DNA of 50,668 nt from an uncultured Gammaproteobacteria bacterium (GCA_964466835.1 CAYXNV010000006.1:1-50668), one strand, 5' to 3'. Counted from the stretch's first letter, positions 1 through 7,424 are shown. The notes: generated from the letters alone by a model not told the origin. Numbers and translations: made by a program.

Positions 1-48
1 AAATTAACTTATAGATATATAATATCATATAATTAGAGAAAAGTCAAT

Positions 49-80
49 ACAAAAACAACTCCTTACAGAGTCGTTTTTGT
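49..80 (-). terminator. Hairpin terminator following the tRNA-Gly-like 3' fragment
   Basis: ACAAAAACAACTC-6nt-GAGTCGTTTTTGT; U-rich 3' arm on the minus strand. Confidence 0.7.
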
Positions 81-81
81 T

Positions 82-111
82 TAGTGAGCGGGTAACGGGA
101 ATTGAAACAAA
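82..111 (-). repeat. att site (left), 30-bp direct repeat containing a tRNA-Gly-like 3' end
   Basis: TAGTGAGCGGGTAACGGGAATTGAAACAAA is identical to 6060-6089; reverse complement contains T-loop TTCAATT, CCCGT and acceptor strand TACCCGC-T. Confidence 0.9.
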
Positions 112-226
112 GAGAATAAAAAAGACAATAGCCCAATATATATGGATTATTGTCTATTGTTAGGTAATTATTGTTTAATCAATATTTATCTATACCAACC
201 CCAATTTATCTACTTTTATCACTATC

Positions 227-245
227 TGGGCAACATATGGTCAAC
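227..245 (+). promoter_or_regulatory. Putative integrase arm-type binding site
   Basis: TGGGCAACA-TA-TGGTCAAC, 17/19 identical to 5929-5947. Confidence 0.6.
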
Positions 246-299
246 GCTTTATAGCGGGGCAATACAGTGTTTGGTGGTAAATAGATTTATAACTTCTAT

Positions 300-1448
300 T
301 TAGTCTAAATAATAGTATATCTGATCTAGACAAAGAATGGCCTGCAATGCCCTCTCTTTTGTATATTCTGACTCTTTCGCTACTCCATGACCAGAACTGT
401 GTCTAGATATATCAATGTCATTTTTTTTCAAATCAAAATTTTTAAAAACTACTTTTTTTAAGTATTGAAGAAAAGGAATTGGTAAATACAAGGAATAATC
501 CGATCCTGATTTGTTTTTTCCCTTATCAACAATAAAGTCTATTAATTCACTGGCTTTCATCTTATCATTTTTTGTATCATTAAAATATTTTATTCTAATA
601 ATTCCTTCTATTTCAGATAGTAAAGTTTTTATAGAATTAATATATCCTTTATTGTTGTTTAATAGATATGCCTCTATGCCAGCTTCTAAAATTTGCTTTT
701 TATCTTCATATAACGTTTTTGACCACCATTTTGAAGTTAACTTTGATAATCTATTTTTATCAAATTTATTTACCACACTAGCAATTATTTTTTCTTGATT
801 AAACTTGTTATTAACATACAAATTGCTTATTTTCTTATATTCATCTCCTAATATTTCTATAAAAGGAAACCATCCGTCCTTTAACAGTTCATCAAATTTT
901 TTATTAGATTCTAATATATTATAGACATATTGAAATTCTAAATATCTGTACAAACTTCCAAGTTCGTTATAAATATCATCAATATTTAACTTTTTCTTAT
1001 TATTAAAATCAAAAAATAAACCAAACTTCCAACCAACTTTAAAACAAACAATAATTTTATCTGTTTCTTTGATGTTAATATTTTTAAATTTTAAGCTTTT
1101 TATATCCGCTATGTCATTTCTGGTTATAGCTTCGCCCTTTTTAATATCTCTCTTAGGACTTATATTCAACAGTATCCCCAAATCATTTATATGAACCTCG
1201 GCAGTGTTATCTTCGTGGACTAATGCCAGAAAGTTAGATATATAATTTATACCACCTATCTGACCTAAAAAAATATTTGAAATTTGCTCTATATACTTAT
1301 AAAAATTTAACTCATCAGAGGTCATTGAGTTTCTTGTCACCAACTTTACTATTGCCCCACCCTTTGGAACATTCTCTGTAACAAAGCCGGATATTTTTAC
1401 TTCTTTTGTTAAATTAATTTTTGTCATGTAGATATAAATTTTAACCAA
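300..1448 (-). CDS. Hypothetical protein with C-terminal HEPN-like RNase motif
   Basis: 382 aa; EGIIR (ExxxR) followed by RHSSGH (Rx4H)G near the C-terminus. Confidence 0.6.
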   Translation of the reverse strand: MVKIYIYMTKINLTKEVKISGFVTENVPKGGAIVKLVTRNSMTSDELNFYKYIEQISNIFLGQIGGINYISNFLALVHEDNTAEVHINDLGILLNISPKRDIKKGEAITRNDIADIKSLKFKNINIKETDKIIVCFKVGWKFGLFFDFNNKKKLNIDDIYNELGSLYRYLEFQYVYNILESNKKFDELLKDGWFPFIEILGDEYKKISNLYVNNKFNQEKIIASVVNKFDKNRLSKLTSKWWSKTLYEDKKQILEAGIEAYLLNNNKGYINSIKTLLSEIEGIIRIKYFNDTKNDKMKASELIDFIVDKGKNKSGSDYSLYLPIPFLQYLKKVVFKNFDLKKNDIDISRHSSGHGVAKESEYTKERALQAILCLDQIYYYLD

Positions 1449-1452
1449 TAAA

Positions 1453-1653
1453 TTATCTAAAATTTATTTTACCAAAATCATCTTCTGAATAGTCTGTATC
1501 ACATTTTTTACAAAATATTCTCTCTATGCCATCAGTTTTCTCTTTATAGACTGTTAACTCACTATCTTCTGGAGATAAAGAGGCCTCATGAAAAATAATT
1601 TCTTGGATATAAAAATCTGCTCCACCGCATTTTTTACACTTTTTTATTTTCAT
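1453..1653 (-). CDS. Small zinc-ribbon protein
   Basis: 66 aa, two CKKC motifs; 4-nt gaps to both neighbours. Confidence 0.75.
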   Translation of the reverse strand: MKIKKCKKCGGADFYIQEIIFHEASLSPEDSELTVYKEKTDGIERIFCKKCDTDYSEDDFGKINFR

Positions 1654-1657
1654 AATT

Positions 1658-2425
1658 TTATTTCAACTTATATTTACCCCTATCCAAAAACTCTAGATAC
1701 CCTTTATCTCTCAAAAACTGTAATTGTTGTCTAATTTTATCTTTTACATGCTGATTATTTGGATGTTTGTTTTGTAAGTATTCTTCAAATTGATAAACTT
1801 CTTGTAAGCTAAATTCTTTTTTGCCCAACTTATCAATACACTTCATCACATCCAATATCCAACCTTTTAATTCTTGATTTCTGGTCTCTCTCAAAAATAA
1901 AGTTTTTTGCCAATTAGAAACAATTATTTCTTTACTTTCTGGTTTACCATTTTTGATATAGAATATTTTCCCACTATCGGGAATATCTTGAAGTAAAATA
2001 TTACACCCAATCCAACCAGCTCTTCTTGCTGTTGAAGACAACGGTTTTCTCTTTTCTATAATTTCAGGAGTAAAAAAATGTTTAGGGATAACTATAAAAT
2101 TTAACACTTCAAATTTTATTGGGTCATAATTAAGAAAAAAGAAATTTGGATTATCGCTACTATTTAATCTTTCAATCATTGTTCTGTACGCACCATCAAC
2201 TATCTTTTTGCCAATAAAATCTTTTTTACTTTTTAATTCATACTCTTCGCCACAATTAGGGCAATAAAAGTCAGCAACTGGCCTATTATTCTCATAATTA
2301 CTGATATTCGTTCCGCAAGCAGGACAAAAAACTTCTTTATCAACCCAGCCTTCTGTTAAAACTCTTATTTTTTGAGAAGTGCTTTTATACGCTTCTGCAA
2401 CTTTTGTGTCAAATAAAATTTTCAT
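1658..2425 (-). CDS. DpnI-family (Dam-replacing) methyl-directed restriction endonuclease
   Basis: SQKIRVLTEGW, CPAC/CPNC, NNRPVADFYC..EEYELKSK, RRAGWIGCNI, winged-helix tail HPNNQHVKDKIRQQLQFLRDKG. Confidence 0.92.
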   Translation of the reverse strand: MKILFDTKVAEAYKSTSQKIRVLTEGWVDKEVFCPACGTNISNYENNRPVADFYCPNCGEEYELKSKKDFIGKKIVDGAYRTMIERLNSSDNPNFFFLNYDPIKFEVLNFIVIPKHFFTPEIIEKRKPLSSTARRAGWIGCNILLQDIPDSGKIFYIKNGKPESKEIIVSNWQKTLFLRETRNQELKGWILDVMKCIDKLGKKEFSLQEVYQFEEYLQNKHPNNQHVKDKIRQQLQFLRDKGYLEFLDRGKYKLK

Positions 2426-2875
2426 TTACTTTTTGATGTTGTCTAATATTTTATATGACAAATTAATATCCAAAGGGGTTTCAGAAACTACTTCAAATTT
2501 ATTTCCTTTTTTTTGAGATATTCTATAAAAATATTTTCCGCTTTCTGTTATTTGTATTCCTTGAATATTTGTTATACTTCTCAACCTCTTATCTCCTTTT
2601 TTAGACTTTAAAGTATTAGAAAACTCATTTAGAGCCTTGCCTGCGGGGTCAATGAGCTCCAATTTTATATCTGATGTATTTTCTTTTGAAAAATCGTCTA
2701 TAGTCCAGAGGCTCACAAGCTGTAAATTAACAGGAATAACTAGCTTATCACTCTTAGGCATTTTAGATTTATCTATCTCTAACTTCATTTCTTCTATACA
2801 GTTAAACAAACTTAATGAGTTAGTTTGAGAATCTATAGAAGAATTACTACAAATTATTGACCAAACATTTTTCAT
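2426..2875 (-). CDS. DUF6941-like beta-sandwich protein
   Basis: 149 aa; ICxxSxxD..SLFN, LIDPAG and GKYFY pattern recalled for this family. Confidence 0.55.
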   Translation of the reverse strand: MKNVWSIICSNSSIDSQTNSLSLFNCIEEMKLEIDKSKMPKSDKLVIPVNLQLVSLWTIDDFSKENTSDIKLELIDPAGKALNEFSNTLKSKKGDKRLRSITNIQGIQITESGKYFYRISQKKGNKFEVVSETPLDINLSYKILDNIKK

Positions 2876-2879
2876 ATTT

Positions 2880-3284
2880 TTAATTATTAATTAATAAAGA
2901 ATTTAAAGACAAGGTTTTGTCTTTTTCTTTTACGCTATAGCTAGCGGTATTACTTCCAATAAATGAAATTATATATGGAGTATTAAAGTTAAAAACTCTA
3001 CCCCAATTTTCATGATCAAATCCTAAAACATCTGCTATTCTATTTAACAAAGAAAAGCCAACATTGACATCACCATTTTCAACTCTAGAAATAACTTTTT
3101 GAGTGGTTTCCGCTTTTTTAGCCAGATCCTGTTGACTAATTTTTAAACTTTCTCTAGTGTTGTGAATTTCAACACCCAGCTTAATTCTTTCTTTTGCCTC
3201 TTTTGAATATTTATTAAAATATTTTCCCTTTCTAGCTTCAGCTATAGGATCAATATTTATTTTTTTGTTATTCATATTTTTCAT
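2880..3284 (-). CDS. XRE/HTH_3 antitoxin (HigA-like) with C-terminal extension
   Basis: ISQQDLAKKAETTQKVISRVENG HTH; overlaps the toxin gene. Confidence 0.85.
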   Translation of the reverse strand: MKNMNNKKINIDPIAEARKGKYFNKYSKEAKERIKLGVEIHNTRESLKISQQDLAKKAETTQKVISRVENGDVNVGFSLLNRIADVLGFDHENWGRVFNFNTPYIISFIGSNTASYSVKEKDKTLSLNSLLINN

Positions 3285-3693
3285 AACTTTTTGGATTTAA
3301 TTTAAATATATTTAAATATTTTTCACCAATTTGATTTTGTTTATCAACCTTTTTTCGTTCTCTTTCCGTATCATAATTAGCAGGCTTTTCAAAAGCGTGA
3401 AGAAGAACTACTTTGTCTTGATGTCTAAAATAAAGAATTCTGATTACCGTCTTTGCATCTTTTGGATTTAAGATTTCAAAACAACTATACCCATGTAATG
3501 GCTTAGAAATTGGGGGAGCAGGTATTCCTCCGCTTTCTCTAACATGATCAATTTTAGCATCAATATCAGCTAATATTTTTTGCTTTCTCTGAATTGTTTT
3601 TTCCTTGTCTTTATTTATTGGTAAATATTGTTTTAAATATTCTTTTACTGGACAGTATTTTGAATCTTCATCATAAAAATAAACAACCTCCAT
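3268..3693 (-). CDS. RelE/ParE-superfamily toxin (HigB/Gp49-like)
   Basis: CPVKEYL, SKPLHG..FEI, RILYF, VLLHAFEK; toxin-first order. Confidence 0.85.
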   Translation of the reverse strand: MEVVYFYDEDSKYCPVKEYLKQYLPINKDKEKTIQRKQKILADIDAKIDHVRESGGIPAPPISKPLHGYSCFEILNPKDAKTVIRILYFRHQDKVVLLHAFEKPANYDTERERKKVDKQNQIGEKYLNIFKLNPKSYEKYE

Positions 3694-3723
3694 ATAAAAT
3701 TATATTTTATGTTATACAAACAT

Positions 3724-3751
3724 ATTATATCCTATTGGATATAATTGTCAA
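3724..3751 (-). promoter_or_regulatory. sigma70 promoter with overlapping palindromic operator for the six-gene operon
   Basis: TTGACA (3751-3746), 16 bp, TATAAT (3729-3724); inverted repeat ATTATATCC-4-GGATATAAT at 3724-3745. Confidence 0.8.
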
Positions 3752-4148
3752 TAGCTTCTCTTTTGTTTGTAATCATTTTTTTAAAAATTACCCCAAATTC
3801 CCAAACTTTTTTAGCCTATATTAGTCACACTAAAAAGTTACCCTAAATCTTCCCCGTAACTTAGGGTAAACTCATTTTGCTATGGTGCTGACAGAAGCTA
3901 CTTTGACATAAATTTGATTAGTTTTAATCAATAAATATAGCTCTTGTTTAAATTGACCTAAATGTTGACGTCAACTTTCGTCAACATGCTCATGCTATCT
4001 TTATTTTACTCTTCTTTAAATAACATTTGGTTTATAGATAAAGCGATATCTTTTTTCGGCGATTGCCCACGCCGAAAAAAGATTGCTTATTAAACTAATG
4101 TTTTGGGAATAAAAAAAGACCTCTTGATTATCGAGGCCTTTGAGTAAT

Positions 4149-4451
4149 TTAATGTGATATGCCTGGCTTTAAGTCTTTCTTGCGAACTGGCAAGTTATTT
4201 TCCTTGCAGAATTTTTCAAGAAAGTCATAGAATTTTTGCTCCTTAGGAAGCCAAACACTAACTTTTACATGATATCCGTTAGGATGATAGTTATAGCTAT
4301 CAATCTTAGCAGGAACTCGTCCATAATGCGTATCATCACACGCAAATTCTTCTCCAAAAGCTAGGGCGAACGTCCATACTAATTCTTCAGGAATAGTCAC
4401 AGTAAATTGTATGCTTTTCCAATAAATGATTACTTCGCGATCTTTACTCAT
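4149..4451 (-). CDS. Hypothetical protein
   Basis: 100-aa ORF with a downstream hairpin at about 4111-4141. Confidence 0.65.
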   Translation of the reverse strand: MSKDREVIIYWKSIQFTVTIPEELVWTFALAFGEEFACDDTHYGRVPAKIDSYNYHPNGYHVKVSVWLPKEQKFYDFLEKFCKENNLPVRKKDLKPGISH

Positions 4452-4706
4452 GACAATGAATGTTTAATGAACAATAAAAATGAATTATATTAAATTACCA
4501 CAGCAAGCCCAAAAAGTCAAAGGATCCCTACATATCTTAACTTGATTATAACCACACATCTAACGAAAACTATTCTTGCCCAATAGTAATGTTAGATAAA
4601 AAACATAATTTTTGTTGTAAAAACTAAAGGATGTTGATAGAGTAATATAATGTTGTTTCAGACTTTCACTTGAAAGACACTGTATTGCTCTTTAACAATT
4701 AATGAT

Positions 4707-4901
4707 ATGACTGGTTTAAATACTCTTGAATCTCTATACAACATAGATCAAGTATCCTCTGCTTTAGGAATATCTAAAATCACTCTATATAGATTGGTAG
4801 AATCTAGAAAAATACCTTTCTATAGAATAAAGGGGTGTATTAGATTTTCTGAAAGAGATATAAAAGATTATCTAGATAGTATTCGTATTGAACCAGTCTA
4901 A
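4707..4901 (+). CDS. Excisionase-type HTH (HTH_17)
   Basis: YNIDQVSSALGISKITLYRLV..IPFYRI..IRF; directly upstream of the integrase. Confidence 0.88.
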   Translation: MTGLNTLESLYNIDQVSSALGISKITLYRLVESRKIPFYRIKGCIRFSERDIKDYLDSIRIEPV

Positions 4902-4909
4902 ATAAATAT

Positions 4910-6055
4910 ATGAGTGTAAGAAAAATACGAAACTCTTGGTGGATAGATTTCAGATTTAATAACTTTAGATACAGAAAAAGAAGTCCTGTTAATTCTAAAC
5001 AAGGAGCTAAAAACTACGAGGCCTTGCTTAGACAGAAACTATCTAGAGGAGAGAGCATAGAAGAAGAAAAATCTGAAAGCAAACAATTGTTTTCTCAATT
5101 TGCTTGGTATTGGTTTGATGTATATGTGAAAACTAATAACAAATATTCTGAAATTATAAACAAAGAAGGATTATTAAGAGTTCATTTAATCCCCTTCTTT
5201 GGTAAAACTAAATTAGATTGTATAAACAATCAAATGGTTGAGAAGTATAAACGAGAAAAGCAAAAAACAAAGCTGTGTAATAAAAGCATTAACAATCAGC
5301 TAACTATCCTCAGAAAATGCTTAGACACGGCTGTAGAGTGGCAAATATTGGAAAATATGCCAAGAATAAAGCTCCTCAAGACTCCACCAAATAAGTTTGA
5401 TTATCTTAATGAAGAAGAATGCGAAATATTATTAAATAATAGTTCTGGCAATCTTCATGACTTAATACTATTAGCTCTCAATGCTGGTCTTCGCTTTGGC
5501 GAATTAATTGCTCTCACATGGAAAGATGTTGATTTCAACAAAAAGATTCTTTCTATTAACAAGGCAGTAGCTAGAGGTAGACTAGGAACAACTAAGAGTA
5601 ATAAGAATAGACATATTCCTTTAACTAATTCTGTCCTAGAAATGTTTCACAACAGAAAAAGAGACAATGAATTAATATTTTCTGAAAATGACACTTTTCT
5701 AGTTCAAGCTAAATACGTGAAGAAGATACATAAGCTATGTAAAGACTTAGAATTTAGAAGAATTGGTTGGCATGTGCTTAGACACACCTTTGCTTCGCAC
5801 TTAGCGCAAAAAGGAATATCTCTAAAAGCAATCCAAGAATTGCTAGGCCATAGTGATATCCAAACCACTATGCGTTATGCTCACCTCAGCCCTAAAGAAT
5901 TAAGACAAGCGGTAGATGTTTTAAGTTTTGGGCAACAGGTGGTCAACACTCCTAATTTCAATCTTAATCTACCTATTTCATATAATAATGGGCAAAGTGA
6001 TTTAAGCCCATTAACAAAGCAAAAAGCAGAGCTTTTAAACTCTGCTTCTTGCTAA
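4910..6055 (+). CDS. Tyrosine recombinase/integrase
   Basis: GLRFGE, HVLRHT, LGHSDIQTTMRY; N-terminal arm-binding-like domain. Confidence 0.95.
   Translation: MSVRKIRNSWWIDFRFNNFRYRKRSPVNSKQGAKNYEALLRQKLSRGESIEEEKSESKQLFSQFAWYWFDVYVKTNNKYSEIINKEGLLRVHLIPFFGKTKLDCINNQMVEKYKREKQKTKLCNKSINNQLTILRKCLDTAVEWQILENMPRIKLLKTPPNKFDYLNEEECEILLNNSSGNLHDLILLALNAGLRFGELIALTWKDVDFNKKILSINKAVARGRLGTTKSNKNRHIPLTNSVLEMFHNRKRDNELIFSENDTFLVQAKYVKKIHKLCKDLEFRRIGWHVLRHTFASHLAQKGISLKAIQELLGHSDIQTTMRYAHLSPKELRQAVDVLSFGQQVVNTPNFNLNLPISYNNGQSDLSPLTKQKAELLNSASC
5929..5947 (+). promoter_or_regulatory. Putative integrase arm-type binding site
   Basis: TGGGCAACA-GG-TGGTCAAC, partner of 227-245, inside the integrase 3' end. 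Confidence 0.6.
6018..6053 (-). terminator. Hairpin terminator following the tRNA-Gly-like fragment
   Basis: AGCAAAAAGCAGAG-8nt-CTCTGCTTCTTGCT. Confidence 0.65.
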
Positions 6056-6059
6056 ATTA

Positions 6060-6089
6060 TAGTGAGCGGGTAACGGGAATTGAAACAAA
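6060..6089 (-). repeat. att site (right), 30-bp direct repeat
   Basis: Identical to 82-111; 4 nt after the integrase stop. Confidence 0.9.
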
Positions 6090-6100
6090 ATATAATATGC

Positions 6101-6763
6101 TCATATAATATTTTTTCTTCTAACCAATTTTATCCAAGCAATAATTTGTTCTTTATACAGCCTACTACTGATTGTTATGTTGCCCACTCCATAAGACAAT
6201 CTTTTTGTAGGGCATTTCCCTTGAATATAGCTACTCCCCATAAACTTATTTAGAGATAATCCAACCTCCTTTGACCAATAATTTTTACATTTATTATCAT
6301 CCAAATCTGGGTATAGAATTAAATAAATTTTAGCTTTATGGCTTATTTTAGGTAAATATTTTTGTAAAAATTTATAAAACAATTTGATCATTAAAGGGTC
6401 TGTATTAGCCACCCTTATCATGCCATTTTCTAACTTGCTGTCTCCTTCTCCCCAATATATCATTAAACCAGCAATAAATAATTTATCTTTTACAAATTTT
6501 TTAAATTGATTTTCGGCTATAATTTTTTGTCTTTTATAATTTTCTTTCAATTCGTTTCGTCTTTTATGACTAATTATCATCATCCTTTTTCTAGCATTTT
6601 CTCTGGCCATTTTTGATAAATTACTCTTAGTTTTTTCAGACCATTCAACGTTACTAAACCAATTAGATAAAGTACTCTTGGGGATATTAAGAAAATCAGA
6701 AATATACTGATAACTTTTACCTTTTTTTCTTAATTGTATTGCTTTTGTTTTGTCTTGTCGCAT
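6101..6763 (-). CDS. HTH plus LAGLIDADG-like domain protein
   Basis: N-terminal HTH (LRKKGKSYQYISDFLNIPKSTLSNW), then IAGLMIYWGEG and ANTDP motifs. Confidence 0.65.
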   Translation of the reverse strand: MRQDKTKAIQLRKKGKSYQYISDFLNIPKSTLSNWFSNVEWSEKTKSNLSKMARENARKRMMIISHKRRNELKENYKRQKIIAENQFKKFVKDKLFIAGLMIYWGEGDSKLENGMIRVANTDPLMIKLFYKFLQKYLPKISHKAKIYLILYPDLDDNKCKNYWSKEVGLSLNKFMGSSYIQGKCPTKRLSYGVGNITISSRLYKEQIIAWIKLVRRKNII

Positions 6764-6825
6764 AAATTGAACTATTGATATTACTTATACTATATCATAT
6801 AACAGTATTAAGTAAAAATTTTACC

Positions 6826-6865
6826 AATAAACAAAACAACTCTATAAAGAGTTGCTTTGTTTATT
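6826..6865 (-). terminator. Terminator of the ssrA-tRNA-Leu-tRNA-Gly transcript
   Basis: 18-bp stem with 4-nt loop directly 3' of tRNA-Gly. Confidence 0.8.
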
Positions 6866-6866
6866 G

Positions 6867-6938
6867 AGCGGGTGAGCGGAATTGAACCGCCGTCTTATGC
6901 TTGGCAAGCATACGTACTAACCATTGTACTACACCCGC
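6867..6938 (-). tRNA. tRNA-Gly(GCC)
   Basis: GCGGGTG/CACCCGC acceptor stem, TATGC-TTGCCAA-GCATA anticodon arm, U73. Confidence 0.97.
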
Positions 6939-6946
6939 ATATTATG

Positions 6947-7028
6947 TGGTCCAGGTGGGAATCGAACCCACATGCCTTGCGGCACAGCATTTTAAGTGCT
7001 GCGTGTATACCAGTTCCACCACTGGACC
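6947..7028 (-). tRNA. tRNA-Leu(TAA)
   Basis: CAGCA-CTTAAAA-TGCTG anticodon arm, long variable arm, A73. Confidence 0.97.
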
Positions 7029-7038
7029 TACTATATTG

Positions 7039-7421
7039 TGGAGATGATGGGAGTTGAACCCATGTCCAACAGGCTTAACTAAACACATTTACAAGAATAG
7101 TCTGATTTATTTTAATTCATCTTAAACATCAAAAACCAAACAAAAGCGTTCAAGACTATCTTTCACTTGCTTCAATACTTCTTCAGAAAGAACAAAGAAG
7201 TATCTATCTTCATGAAATGACACCAGTAACCAACTATGAAGACTTGTTGGACTGATGGTTACGGCTCAAATTTTAGGCCATAACAGGAGCATAACTTGGA
7301 GTCTTCCAAGTGAATGCTTTTGCCATTTTGGCAGTTATGTTTGTTAGGTTATTTTTACGTTATAACTTAAACACGTCTCGAATGTTTAGAAAAATTCCTA
7401 CTGTCGATTCCTGGCATCCCC
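7039..7421 (-). ncRNA. ssrA: tmRNA
   Basis: 5' GGGGATG, 3' GTTCAACTCCCATCATCTCCA with G3:U70; tag frame after ATAACT at 7332-7273; 3 nt downstream of smpB. Confidence 0.95.
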
Positions 7422-7424
7422 AAT

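Larger units (their letters stand above)
82..6089. mobile_element. ~6 kb integrative element (tyrosine integrase, excisionase, defence cargo)
   Basis: 30-bp direct repeats at both ends, xis-int next to the right repeat, matching tandem motifs inside both ends; no replication or virion genes seen. Confidence 0.85.

Noticed and set aside
3594-3824. 76-aa plus-strand ORF
   Set aside because: Overlaps the toxin gene and its promoter/operator; no motifs.
82-6089. CRISPR array or prophage interpretation of the 30-bp repeats
   Set aside because: Only two copies, 6 kb apart and tRNA-derived; no cas, capsid, terminase or replication genes.
6060-6866. Split or intron-containing tRNA with the LAGLIDADG-like gene as intron ORF
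   Set aside because: No separate tRNA 5' half upstream of the gene; the nearby tRNA-Gly is complete and terminated; no intron structure seen.
6857-7057. 66-aa ORF
   Set aside because: Antisense to tRNA-Gly, tRNA-Leu and the tmRNA end.
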